DNA from: Selaginella moellendorffii | Taxonomy: Eukaryota > Plantae > Lycopodiophyta | Direction: 5' to 3' | DNA length: 64,000 nt | NCBI RefSeq assembly: GCF_000143415.4 | Contig: NW_003314292.1 | Location: 1,309,498-1,373,497, forward strand | Shown here: one piece after another, positions 10,520 to 22,733 of the stretch | Numbering within the stretch: the stretch's first letter is position 1 | Layout of the letters: every line of letters starts with the position of its first letter | Translations under genes and position numbers: made by a program | Notes under the pieces: model-generated | The model's input: only the letters and a program-made list of their open reading frames with translations | What the model was told of the DNA's origin: nothing | Databases searched by the model: none

Positions 10520-13030
10520 TAATATTATATGCCGGAGGTGACTGCTGACTTCATTGATGATGTCTTAATCCACTCAGAGGGGACGTAGGAGGAGCACGTT
10601 CATGATGTTTGTAAAGTGTTGGATCGGTTACACGATGTTAGTTTAAAGCTGAAGCGGTCAAAATGCATGTTTGGGTCCAAGGACACAACTTATCTTGGGT
10701 ATCGTATTTCTTGTGAGGGTTTGCAAGTTGATTCTGATAAACTTGTGGCTGTTCTAAAGTTCCTTACTCCGAAATGTGTGAATGATATGTAGTTATAGCG
10801 CATGTGATCATCGGATAAGATTTGGATATACTGTCATCATAGATCCTTAGAACCTTGGGGATAAATGGGGATAAAATAGCCACTAAAGGCTCTCTCATCA
10901 AGCAATTGCCCCTTTTCTAGTTGGCTTAAAGGGAGAGAGATAAGGTGCACTATAGCAGTGCTTCTTGGGCAAAATGCAATATCTCGGTTGTTTTGTGGAT
11001 CATTTTTTTTATCACACTACACTGTTGCGAGCGTTGTTGAAGTCATCAATGTCATCTGGTCTTCAAATTGTGAGCGGGCACTCGTGGATCTCAAAGAGCT
11101 ATTGATGACTCCTCTGGTTTTGGCATATCCTGACTATACTCGACCTTTTATTTTGCACATGGATGCTTTTGACATTGGTTTTGGAGGTGTGTTGATGCAA
11201 GAGAGCTCGAGTGTGCTTAATTAACGCCATCCCATTGCATATATAAGCCATACATTACAACCAGCGGAGATGAACTACTCCACAATAGAGAAGGAGTGTT
11301 TAGTAAACTTCATACATATCTACATGGTTCTTGGACGTTACTTGAAGGTGACCATGCTGCTGTTATTCATTATTGAAGTGGAAGAACCTAGTTGGTCATA
11401 CTGCTCGATAGGTTTTGAAGTTTTAGATGTATGATTTTAATGTTGTTCATCTTTATGGCTGATGCTGATGCCCTTTCTTGAGCTCCTCTTCCTTCTCCAC
11501 TCTTTTCTCATATTTCTAACAAGCCTATTATTCTAGCATCTTTGGATTTTCTAGATGAGGATTTTGTGCCGTCGGCGGTTATTGTACTTAACGTTTAGTG
11601 TCCATAAGGCGTAAAGCAAAATCTACCTTCTTTTGATGAGGTTTGAGAGGCTCAAAAGATTAAGCTGTGGATTCGAAGGCTTCAAGATGGGTTTGAGAAT
11701 CTTGCATCACTTGCTGATGACTTGCCTTTCTGGCATTTACATTCTCAAAATTGCCTTGAAGACAACCTTCTTTATTTTGTGGGGATAGATCTTAATGATC
11801 ATTTACGGCTGGTGGTGCTTTCTGTCTTTATTCCGCAGTTTCTCCATGCCTATCATGATTCTCCTATTCTAGGGGGCATATGGGACATCGTCGTGTAACT
11901 GAGAAGTTGCGTTGGTCTTTCTATTGGTCGGAGATGCAACGTGATATTATCCAGTATGTACGCGCGTAGCTGTGTTTGGTGCCAAACTTGTAATACTTCC
12001 CCTCGTGCTATAGAAGGACAGTTGGAGTCAATTGTAGTTTCCTATCCGTTTGAGTTGGTGGCATTTGATCTTATAGGACCTTCTCCATGGTTAACTACTA
12101 GCAATGAGTAATTATTATTGCTTCTGACTACTTGACTCGTTGGGTAGAAGTTGGTGCTTTTGCTAGCGCCTTTACAACTGTTGTTAGATACTTCCTCCTC
12201 AATCGAGTGGTGTTCCAGCATTCTTGTCCAAAGCGGATTCTTTTGGATAATGGTCTTGCATTTATGGTTGAAGCATTTCATATTTTGACGTTTTGGTTGG
12301 GGATATGCCACACTTTCACGAGTGCTTATCATCCACAATCAGACGGTCTAGTGGAACAGTTCGTTCAGACATTCAAAGGGATGATTGCGAAGTATATGAA
12401 CTTTCAGCATTTGGATTGGGATGGTTATTTGTTGTCTTTTCGGTATGCATATGTCACAAGGGTGCAAAGTTCTGTTGGTGCTTCACCATATAAACTCTTA
12501 TATGGTTATGATCCAATATTACCAACGGAGTTAGGTTTACCTTCGCGATTGCCACGAACTGTTGATGCTAGGTCATAGGATTAGTATTTGACGAGCATTC
12601 TTCCACTTGTCCAAGCAGAGTCTACTTAACACTTAAGTCGCATACAAATGGGATAACAACAACACTACAACTCTTATCATCATCCACCTGCAAAGTACAA
12701 AATAGATGATTTGGTGTTAGTTTGTTTTCCCCATCTAAAGGGCTGTTTGTGCAGTGGAAAGGACCGTATCAGGTGTTACAGAAAGTTGGACCACAAGTTT
12801 ATGAGGTTTAGCATGATGTCCAGCAGACTGATCCTCCAGAGATTGTGCATGTGCAGTGGTTGAAACACTTTATACAAAGGGATCAGAAACAGTTAATACC
12901 ACTTACATATCCGCCAATGCCTCCTCTTGATGTTCCTCCAGATCCTGGCCCGTCTACGAAAGCACCTTAATAGTCTTCCATTATTCCAAAAGGAGGGGAT
13001 GATATGAGGGCCAAGTGTACAATTACAATG
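10520..13030 (+). mobile_element. Degenerate Ty3/gypsy LTR retrotransposon pol (RT-RNaseH-integrase) with PPT
   Basis: FIDDVLIHS (RT active site); PLVLAYPDYTRPFILHMDA..GFGGVLMQ (RNase H); RILLDNG, SAYHPQSDGLVE (integrase); WKGPYQV (GPY/F); PPT AAAGGAGGGGATGA at ~12989; many stops. Confidence 0.92.
10793..10955. mobile_element. 163-bp MITE-like insertion in the gypsy RT
   Basis: Ends TTATAGCGCAT...GTGCACTATAG form an 8/11 inverted repeat with transition-only mismatches. Flanks TAG/CAG. Removing it restores ND(M)QCFLG, the RT QSFLG motif. Confidence 0.7.
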
Positions 13031-13429
13031 CCATATATTAATATTAGCATAGTGGGATTTTAGTAGCTGTCGGATTGGTTTCAATCCGAACCACTCGCTC
13101 CTGTATATAAACTAAAGTTTTTGGGTTAATTGATATGCACATTTTTTGTATTCCCTTTTCATATTCCAAACACTCACTTTGCTTGTGAAACTTTAAATAT
13201 ATAAACCTAAAAAATAAAAAATAAAAACAAATATATAAACAGATTGTCACATAAGAATATTCTAAAAGTATTTTTTTTAGTAAAAAAGAAACAGTAGATT
13301 ATTAAAATTTATTTTTTCCTTTAACTTTTTTAACATCTATTTAGAGCACTCTAATTTTTTCAAAATAACATTCCCTTTTATCTGTTTACCCTGAAGAAAT
13401 ATGCTTACATATCCTAATTGTCTTTTATA

Positions 13430-13700
13430 ATACAACATTGTTTCCGATTCCCCAGCAGATGAGTCAGTGGCAAGCTCTCTTGCTCCACTTGTTGCCGTGC
13501 CGGAGCGCTAATTACCGTGTGTAGTCGTTTACCTCGCCACCTCGGAGGATTCGCGGCCTGAGCATTGTTGATCTCGGCCCAGTGATCAGTCCGCGAATTT
13601 ATCATATTGTTTCACCCAGATGCTCCTAGTGTCAGCCAAATACGCTTGAGATGAACAAACCGCTGAACCATCTTCGTTTCTCAACCGAATAAACAATTTT
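13430..13700 (-). pseudogene. Collapsed paralogue of the orphan ORF at 16702-17067
   Basis: RSIWVKQYDKFAD and DHWAEINN match RSIRVKQYDSFNFADYDHWAETNN. Confidence 0.7.
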
Positions 13701-13739
13701 TTTGTTTTTATGTAGTACGGGGGTAGCGTAGAAGGCTTG

Positions 13740-14269
13740 TCACCGGGCCCGGAAGAGGTCCTCGTCTTGGACGTCCACCGAGGGGAGCTTGCCCTGCAGC
13801 GCATCCATCCATTTGGTACCCCTGTTTTTGATGAGTAGCCATCGCAGCAGCCGCTCGTCGTTGTTCAAGTACTGGAGCTGCTCGTTGAAGGCGGTGGCTG
13901 CCATGACCGTCATTTGCATGAGGTGCCCCTGGTTCGTCAAGCACGAAACAAGGCCCAAAACATGAAAAGCGTAAGCTCGCTTATAGAAAAAGAAGGCATT
14001 GAAAACACGATGAAAGAACTCGAAGAGAAGAGAACGAAATCCCCGGAAACGAAGCGAAAGAGGAGGGGAGAAGCAAAAATGCTGACCTCGTAGTGACGCC
14101 CATCGCGCTTCTTGATGTCGTATGCCAGGAACTGGCGGCCGAAGTACTTGACATCGGTGACGACGCCCTTTTGCTGGTATACCTTGTGCCCAATGCGCAC
14201 CAGAATGTCGGTCATCACCTTCCTCTCCACCAGCGGCTTGAAGATCACGAACACATCATACAGAGGCAT
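13740..14269 (-). CDS. Ribosomal protein S6 (bacterial-type bS6, mitochondrial-like)
   Basis: Exon 14269-14087 MPLYDVFVIFKP...FGRQFLAYDIKKRDGRHYE; exon 13928-13740 GHLMQMT...LNNDERLLRWLLIK; GT-AG intron in frame. Confidence 0.9.
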
Positions 14270-14311
14270 GGCGAAGAAGGAAGAAAGGGGAAACCCTAAA
14301 ACCCCTAAGCC

Positions 14312-15538
14312 CTAAGATGCGTGCGAATATGCCACTCGTTTTAAAATTTGAGCTGGTCGAGTGGGCATCGTAGAGAGGAAATTGAGGATCTTCCTCAGCT
14401 CTTGAAGCTCATCCCGAGCTCCTCGGACTCGGGCTGCCGACCTCGTCTTTTTGAGCACCAGCGCCAAGTTCTCTTCTCCGCCTCGCATCCCTTCTGCCGC
14501 TCCCTCCTCCTCCTCGCCCGCCGCCTCCTGGTTGCACGAGTGTGAGTTCTTCACCCATTCTCTCCTCAGGAGCCCCCTCGTCCTCTTGGGATTGCGCTCG
14601 AAGACGTCGTAGTCGTGGACGTCTCCTCCGGTGGCTACCCCGCCGAGTTCTTCGTCTGGTTCTTTGGCGGGAGCAACACTATGCTGGCGGGGTTGGCGCG
14701 ATCACTGGATTTGACCAGCTTGCGGCTCTTGAAGATCTCGACGCGGACCGTGATCATCTTGGAGGAGGAGTTCTCCTTTTGGAAGACGAGCACGTCTCCC
14801 TTGACGAGTTCGTGATGGACGCAGAAGGCCCGGCACCAATCACTGGCTGGATCGTCCAGTTCCATCTCATCCTCCACTGGTGACCACTCCGGTCGCGGAC
14901 GATCACCTCGGCTCTCCCGTGCGGCATCATCTTCTTGCATTATTTCGAAGGAAGAGTCTGCAGAAAGTTCTTTGTGAAGATATCAAAGGGAAAAAAGACA
15001 AAGATGGCGAAGCATAAACCTCGAGCTTGTTCTTCGCTTACCATAACGTATGTGCCGCTCACACAGCACTGGTTCAAGACTTTAATGGTCCTGCGACTCT
15101 TCCTTGCGAGATGTTGCTGGTACTCCTGCGCGGCTTGGAGCGCTTCGTGCGAACTGGGCAGCTCCTCGCGATTCCGCCGCTGCCGCTGCCGATTGGAGGG
15201 GATGTAACTCGGCACAGGACTGTCTCCCTCGCAAGAACCTGCGAAGATACGCTTGAACAAATCTAAGAAACGAAGAGAGAGAAAAAGAGCGAGAAGGAAA
15301 GCTCTGACCAGATGGATAAGCTTCTTCGCCGCCGCTCGACTCCATAGCTGCGCTCTCGCTCTTCTTCTTGCTTGCTGAAGGAAAAACCTCGCTGAGAGAG
15401 CGTCCGGTCTACTAGTACGTCCCAATGATGAATTATCCTGCGCCGTCGGTTGGAGCCAACAGCATTCACGTACGAGGAAAGAAAATGCTCGTATCTTTCC
15501 AGTAGCCGTCGCTTTCCATTTCGTGATCTTTGCTCCAT
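14312..15538 (-). pseudogene. B3-domain (REM-like) transcription factor, disrupted
   Basis: Multi-exon: KVLNQCCVSGTYVM / TLPSK*CKKMMPHGRAEVIVRDRSGHQWRMRW / frameshift / WCRAFCVHHELVKGDVLVF; in-frame TAA at ~14940. Confidence 0.7.
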
Positions 15539-15699
15539 TCTAGAGGCAACCTTGGAGACTTGCTTGAATGGCTTTGCACCTGGAAATATTAAAAAAAGTC
15601 CACAGCATCAGTCAAAACTTCACCACCTTCCAGGTATCGAGTGTGTTCTTCGTTTCTATAGATGATACTACGCGAAAACACCTTCCACAGTGATACGAT

Positions 15700-16100
15700 G
15701 TCCGAGAGGCCTGACTGGTTAGAAGTCGAGGATAATGCTTATGCATCAAGAGTCCCACCAGGTAGAGGTCCGACCTCGTCGTGTACCTGTACGAGGGAAT
15801 TCCCCCGTTGCCTTCTGCTTAGAGAATTCCCTCGTCCCAGCATTTTCCATCCCCGCTGTGCACACGCCTTTCGATCATCCAATACGTACTTTCTTCGCTC
15901 GTAGTCATACAAGACATTAGCTGGACGAATGAAGCCTGCACAGCCACATAAAACTATAAGCTCCCAAAGGTGGACGAGCCCATGTAAGGCCTTTAAAGCC
16001 TTGCGAATGCCAAGCACCATCTAGCTCGTCTTCGGAAACAGGCTCTCGCACGGCAAGAAGAGGAACAGTCATAACCATGTATGCTCGAGGTCGCTCCTGA
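15700..16100 (-). pseudogene. Protein kinase remnant of Crinkler-associated (CR-kinase) type
   Basis: Across frameshifts: YMVMTVPLLAVREPVSEDEL / KALKALHGLVH / IRPANVLYDYERRKYVLDD / YRYTTRSDLYLVGLLM. Confidence 0.55.
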
Positions 16101-16701
16101 TCTTTCTTCGTTTCTTGGCGGAGGAATCACGGTCAGCAGTCGATGACACCGAGGTTGAATTCAGAACTTTGTTGCCCGAGGAAGTATCTTCATCGGTATA
16201 GACTTTGCCATGACTTGCGTTCAATTTCCCGTCTCATCTGGCAGCCTAAAATGTGTTCAAGCTTGTCTTCCACCGCTCTTAACCTGTCATCCACGTTATT
16301 TATCCTCTCTTCCACAATTCCCTAATCTCTGTCCTAATCTCTCTTCCATATCTAGCAATTGAGTGCCCTCCAAGGTCACTGGAGCACTTCTACACATTTT
16401 CTTTGCACCAATAATACGGCATACCCTGGCAGCTAACAATTCCTTCGCTCGTAACGTAGCTCTAGCTAGGGCTTATTAGCTAAAGGAAGATCCAAATGAC
16501 TCACGGCCATATTCCGCGAGGAACGCCACTAAAGCTCCTAGAAATTGGAAAGATCTCTTCATTGCCATGTACACAATCACATTTGCACTTCGTATGTGAA
16601 GTACAAACAACAAAGTTTTTGCTCCTTGGTAGTTTGTTCACAAGTTTTGTTTTGTGATACAAGATTGTTCTCGATCATCCCTCCAGGGGATGATTCGACG
16701 A

Positions 16702-17067
16702 TCAGTGGCGAGCTCTTTTGCTCGGCGGCCCGGCTTGTTGATGCTGAAGCGCCAGTTGCCTTGTGAAGTAGTTCACCTCCTTAGCCAGTTGCCTCCTGTT
16801 CTCTTCCTTCTCTTGCTGGAGCGCCATGGCCACCATCCGCGTGATCCGGTCGGCATGGGGAGGATCCAACGCCATCTCGTCCTCCATGTAATGGCAGTCC
16901 GGCCTGAGCGCCCTCTTGTTGTTGGTCTCGGCCCAGTGATCATAGTCCGCAAAGTTGAAACTATCGTATTGTTTCACCCGGATGCTCCTATTGTTACCAG
17001 CCTCGATCGCCAAGTCGTTGATCATGCGCTTTAGCTGAACATACCGCTCAACGTCCACTGCCACCAT
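16702..17067 (-). CDS. Orphan 121-aa protein with coiled-coil C-terminus and NLS-like PPSKRARH
   Basis: Clean GC-rich ORF with coding-like composition; has a degraded paralogue at 13430-13700. Confidence 0.5.
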   Translation of the reverse strand: MVAVDVERYVQLKRMINDLAIEAGNNRSIRVKQYDSFNFADYDHWAETNNKRALRPDCHYMEDEMALDPPHADRITRMVAMALQQEKEENRRQLAKEVNYFTRQLALQHQQAGPPSKRARH

Positions 17068-18363
17068 CTCCGGTCTGCTCTCCTTCTTTACAAAAAAAAA
17101 TGGACATACTACTTTTTCGCCAAATATTCTTTCTTAAGATTAAAAAAAGGTTTTCAGCAACTTAACCGGTTTACTGAAATATTTTTAGATTTGTGCTGAG
17201 CCAGAAATTCGTGGATTCAACCAGAGTTTCGAAGCGATTGGAAGCGGATTTTCACTCGCTTTGTCCCTGGATTTTTCCCATCTTTCACTGAGCTTGTTGA
17301 TGGCATCAACTCTCTGCTTCCAGGATTTAATCTCCTCGTCATCCGTCAAGCATCATGCGTCCAATCTCGTCCTCTCAGTCCAAGTCGTCCAGCAAGAGTT
17401 TCTTCCACCATCTGGGACGCTTTGCATGTATAGCCCCTGGTAATTAATCGGCTGGTGAAAGCTCCCACAAAAATTTGCCTCGCATTCCTCAAAATCGGGG
17501 AGAAGTTGACGAGATTGAGCACTCCGCAAGAAAGGAGAATTTCTTCGGTCGGAGCTGGATAGCTTTGGGATTTGGGAAGGTTAGGAACACAACAGGGCCA
17601 TTCTTGGATTTGTTCCAAGAGCCTCTTAAGTGTCACAAGGAAAACAAGTTCAAGAGGGAATTTGCAAGGTCTCCAAGATCGACAGTAAGCTGGTTTTCTT
17701 CCTCAAATTATTTTTTCAGTGTTATGTTCTAGGTGAAGTTCGCTGCATGCCTCATTTTGCAAACTTCGTCGTGCATCATTATGGATTCTCAATTGACCAA
17801 ATGAGTGATTCCTCCACTGGAGGATGAAGAGAAGCGTTTGATGTTCGAGGTCAGGATTGGAATCGCTCCTCCTATTTTTGATGAGAAACTAATGTAGCAT
17901 CCTCACAACAAAGCGCAAGTGTTTTGGTTTCCAGGCATTGCTTCTTTGTTCTTCGCCCAAGTTGTTTTCCAGGCTAGAATTGGTCAAGGAAGTCAGAGTA
18001 GAGAATCGAAGCAACTTTACAAGTGGCTAGTCTTATTTGGTGGCAGCAGTAGTGTTGATGCTGCTGATCATACCCAATCCAGTCCAAGTAAGAAAATGGA
18101 TTTGCTGCTTGTGTTTTAACTTCTAACTTCGAACAGGTGGAGCTTATGAGTTACTTATGTTTTTGTCTCTTCGGCAATCTTCTAAACATTGGAAAGGTCT
18201 TCTTTTTCATTCTTTATCAAACATTTTTCTTAGGTACATACCTTCTTGTATATTTTTTGTTTCTCTTCTCAAATGAAAAGTGATGTTTCTATTTAAAGTA
18301 TCTAAATTTGGTAACATTATATTTAAATATCATCCCATGATCATATTGTAAGCTCCTAAGTTT

Positions 18364-18418
18364 GGGCTTCCTGGGAGGTCACCCAGCCCAGTACTATTCA
18401 AACCCAAGGACGCTTAAC
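18364..18418 (-). promoter_or_regulatory. 5S rRNA-derived Pol III internal promoter (A box/IE/C box) in the 3' LTR
   Basis: Minus strand GTTAAGCGTCCTTGGGTTTGAATAGTACTGGGCTGGGTGACCTCCCAGGAAGCCC. Confidence 0.88.
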
Positions 18419-18756
18419 CCCAAAAGACCCTTAACAGATTGGAAAAGGGGGTGCACTCTTATTCATGGGCCCTTTCCCTCTATATTTGAACCCCATGGAC
18501 CGTCTCTCAAGTCGTTCTCTTTGGTTGCTTACAATCTACCACGCTTCCCTGCAAATTCACGCCCTCGTGAACGGAAGCTGAGAGCCGCAGCTCTCCCGAG
18601 AGCCCCGCTCTCTTTACACCCTACCCCTCGGGTCGAGCCCAGCGGGAGCAAACTGGACCAGCCAGATGTCAATCAACATGTGGTGTGATTCCCCTAGCCA
18701 ACCAACAGAGTCGGACCCGAAACCCTCTCTGATACCAAATGTAAGCTCCTAAGTTT

Positions 18757-18811
18757 GGACTTCCTGGGAGGTCACCCAGCCCAGTACTATTCAAACCCAA
18801 GGACGCTTAAC
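18757..18811 (-). promoter_or_regulatory. 5S rRNA-derived Pol III internal promoter in the 5' LTR
   Basis: GTTAAGCGTCCTTGGGTTTGAATAGTACTGGGCTGGGTGACCTCCCAGGAAGTCC aligns ungapped, 46/55, to the plant 5S segment as recalled (GTTAAGCGTGCTTGGGCGAGAGTAGTACTAGGATGGGTGACCTCCTGGGAAGTCC). Confidence 0.9.
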
Positions 18812-21588
18812 CCCAAATATCCCAAGACCCTTAACCGATTGGAAAAGGGGGTGCACTCTTATTCATGGGCCCTTTCCCTCTATATTTGAACCCCATGGAC
18901 CGTCTCTCAAGTCGTTCTCTTTGGTTGCTTACACATATATCTCAAGCATAAAAGAGCTAGAAGAGGATATATTTATGATTGTAGATGGTTCATGTTCTCA
19001 ATATGCCTAGGCACTAGAGGAGTATGGAAGCCCAATCCAAAAGCTTTAGAGCATAGAAGAATTTATAACACTACTATATGGAGCATTTACGAGTGGCTAT
19101 GAATTAGCATCCTTGCTGCTAGAAAGGCTTGGGAGCTGCCATGTGGGCACATTGACAAGGTTAAAAAAACAGGGCCTAACCATGCTCTGCCATGTGGAAT
19201 GGACTTTGGACCATCCTAGATGGTACAAGATGGGGAAGAGTCAAGTATGAATGAGGTGGTATCTTTCTTTGCTTCCTCTTTCATTGCAAACAGGATGTTG
19301 AATTGATGGCTGATTGATGGGAGATTCTTAATATACACCTCATCCTCAATAACTACTAGATCAAAAAGATTTGAGCTTGTTCTGCTGTCTCTAGGGATTG
19401 TTAGACTCCCATTTCGTGATCGTCCACATCCTAGTTAGCATCAGTGCATCTAAAATACTAGACAAAGGTTGTGGCAAGTTCCGTGGGGTTCTCCTTAAGC
19501 AGTTGACAAGTCACTACCATACTAAAGTCATCACTGTATTGTTGTGGCAAAGGTGGTGAGGTAGATTTACTTGGTTTTCTAATACTTAAGAGTCTTAGAG
19601 TCTGTGTCTGAAAGGTAGAGAAGCCAAGTGCAGCCCATGGTCTAGTCCACATGAAAGAAATCGACAATATTACACTCACCACCTTGATTTCTTGGAGCAA
19701 CTAACATCTTTGATAAGAGAACTATGGAGGTGACCACCACTTGAGATGAAGATTGAAGCTAGGGATCAGCTATATGCATTGAGTCGTTTTGTGAATGTTG
19801 TTGATGTCAACTCACCCTTGTGTTGTTGTGCAAGTAACAGTAAAGTGCCACAATTGTCCTAGGATGTATTAGAGTCCTTCAAGGTTCTAGAGCCAAGCTG
19901 TTGATAATCCATCACAAGAAAATATATTGTGGAAATCATGTCATGCACCAAGATCTCAAAGCTGTGGCAAATGCCTGTGGGAACCATGCCCTCAAAATCA
20001 AGCTTTTTGGGAAGTGAAAGACAAGGATGAAATAATTTGCCTTTGACGCTCAACCTGAAACCAAAGCTCCCACGCCTGTTGAAGACAATTGTTTTAATTG
20101 TCCCATTCACAAAGCTCTAGGTCAAAGCCTTTTTGATCCTCACTTGTCAAGCTCATTCTAAGTAACATTCCTCTATAAGCAGAAAATATGACAATCAAAG
20201 GAGTAAAATAAAAATGATTCCTTAGGTTAAATAGATGAGTTTTTTTTTTGGAACCTTTGTTACTTAGCTGTAGAAGTTCCTTAGCTAAAGAATAGACTCT
20301 GTTGATTTTAAGAAAATAAAATTGAAAAGGAAAGGGCTTTTGAACCAAAATTATCACCCCCTTACTCTTGTCTTTCTTTTCTTCAAATTCTATAGCTCAT
20401 GTGGGTGTTTTTATATTGTGGGAGATACTCATGCAACTTTTGACTCTCTTCTTCATAAGAAACACATGCTAATCCATGTTATAATTTGTGATGTATGAGG
20501 TGAGGAATTTGACAATAGATGTTTACTTTGAGTTTATAAAAGTTTATAAATTACAAACATCTTTATAATTTAATAATTTTATAATAGAAATAAGAATGCC
20601 TAGTAGTATACTAGAACTAAAAAAGAACTAATTAACATCCCAACTGTAAAATGTAAAGATGTGAAAATGTAACTACAATGTTTTGGTGAATTTATTGCCA
20701 TAAAATAATACATTCTCTTTCATTTTTACAAACCAGTGCTGGTACTAATTTTATTTGAATTAGTTTAATAAGTAGTTCCCTTGATCCATACAAGTGAAAT
20801 TTATATTTTTCCTTGTTGCTGTGGCTTTCACAACAGCGACTGTGGCACAAAAATATTTGGATAGAAGGTTATATGCTCCATCTGGATATATAATAGTCAA
20901 CTCATTGGCTAAAGATATATCTTTAGCCAAGTCCTTTTGTCTATAATAAAAGTTAATAATTTATAAAAACAAAATAAGAAAAATGATAACTTACAATGAA
21001 TGATGAGAATAACGAGTTAAGTAATCATCAATTTCTACAAAATTTGCCACTATAAAAACAAAATAAAATTATAATTCAAACAAACAGAACTCACTTGGAA
21101 AAGACGATCTGTATGGTAGAGAAAACACCACAAGTAACCCTGATGCTACTTTTCATGCATCATGTACACAATTTGCATCTAAAAGATTCAAAGACTGAAG
21201 CTTTGTTAAAGTTCCCTGCAAAATTTAACCGATCACCAAACAATCAAAAACAACTAACAGCCTACCATAACATCAGCGCTAAAAGCTGGATCTTTTTGAA
21301 GTTTTTGAAGCTCCGACGACAGCCTTCTTAAGCTAACGAGATAACGCTCTAAAGAGAAGAAGACAGGAAAAAAGAATAAAAACCATGAGAAACAACTCAC
21401 CTAGAAACATGCAAATGGATGCATGGGTAGCCCAAAGAATTAAGTCATTCGCAGACATTGGAAGTTAACACTTTATCTCCACATCGAACACTTTGCACCT
21501 TGGGTGCCACCTTATTTTCCTTGTTTACGTGAACACAAGGAAAAGTTATCAAAAGCATAACACTTACCAAGTCCACATTTGCAGTTAC

Positions 21589-21662
21589 AACAGCTTGGAT
21601 AAAGCTTTGAACAACTTGGTTAGAGCTTGGAACAGCTTGGTTAGAGCTTGGAACAGTTTGGT
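21589..21662. repeat. 21-bp tandem repeat (AACAGCTTGGTTAGAGCTTGG-like), ~3.5 copies
   Basis: Visible tandem units; encodes QAVPSSN heptads on the minus strand. Confidence 0.8.
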
Positions 21663-22733
21663 GGATGGTGTCGCTGGAACCAATCTGTAAGTGAGTCAAA
21701 TTAGCCATTGCTAGAAAACAGTGAAGGTCGCCATACCTGGGAATGGGCATCACTAGGTTCTGCCTTGAGCAGCACTATCTCCAATGTGCCACCAAAGTCT
21801 CTTATATCGCATTCGGCAGCATCCTTGGCGACCATCCCCTGGACACCAAGCGTGTCCCAGAGATCATCGTCAAAGATTGTGTTAGCAGAGACTTTGAGGA
21901 AAAGCCTGCCGCTCATCAAGTCGCGTAGAGTATCTTGGAGAAAGAAGAGCCCTTCCTGTTGGTGCCAACGCCACGTACCATCGGCATGCCCCGGTAGTCC
22001 TCGTAGCTGACAATCCACTCAAGCGCGTTGTACTTGAATGCCTTCGTTGGCGCCGCGAGAAGGATGTTGCCAGTTGAAACCCGGTTCCGCCAGATCTTAG
22101 CATACTCATATTTCTCATAAATTCTTTGGGAAACCTCGTCTTGCACGCGTTTGTCAATTTGCATGCCGCTTTTTGGCGAATAAAGTTTATTCGTGGCATA
22201 AAATCAATATGAGCTTCCCTTTTCGGCGAAATACTCACAGCACTCATTCACATTCATGTTATTTTACTCGATCAAGGTGATGTACCTGTCTTGTTACACT
22301 TGAAATCTATGTAGTCTACGAAAAAAAATAGCATCCTCAGGAGAATAAATCCTGAGCATGTCTGTAAAAAGCTTGAGCTTCGTGCCTACAATCTTAATGA
22401 AAAGCTGTACCGCTTCCTGGAAAGGTATAAGTGTGCTTATCCAAACTGCAGCATGCCCTTCCTGACTCCACAATGAAGTATGGAGTAATTCCTTCTTGGA
22501 TGCTTGAGCGTTGGCACTTTGCGCATTCACCAACAAAATTTGCAACATCCCTTCACAGTTGCGGCCTCGAAAACCTGGTCTCTCCTTCCGCCCAAGTTCC
22601 AAAATGGTTAGACACGTAGATCCTCGTCTCCTTGGGATTGAAGAATCTTGAGCGTGGGATTTCTTCATTTCAGCTCCGCGTCAATAGCGTGCAACTCGAA
22701 AGGTGATAGAAAGATCTCCCTCTTCCTAATGCC

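Larger units (their letters stand above)
18347..18933 (-). mobile_element. Cassandra-type TRIM (non-autonomous LTR retrotransposon carrying a 5S rRNA segment), intact
   Basis: LTRs 18347-18533 and 18740-18933 (TGTAAGC...GCTTACA). TSD CATAT on both sides. PBS TGGTATCAGAG (tRNA-iMet) at 18737-18727. PPT AGGGAAGCGTGGTAGAT beside the 3' LTR. Non-coding interior of 206 bp. Confidence 0.95.

Noticed and set aside
17230-17900. Decayed coding-like minus-strand sequence
   Set aside because: Multiple stops and frameshifts, and no identifiable family
18364-18811. 5S rRNA genes
   Set aside because: Only ~55 nt of the 3' half is present, inside LTRs. It is called as part of a TRIM, not as rRNA.
18990-20150. 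MuDR/SWIM transposase remnant
   Set aside because: Cys-rich fragments are suggestive but there is no continuous diagnostic motif
21700-22670. HNH/Crinkler nuclease remnant (AHI and NILL motifs)
   Set aside because: Motifs are too short and scattered over frames. It looks like a decayed gene but the family cannot be supported.
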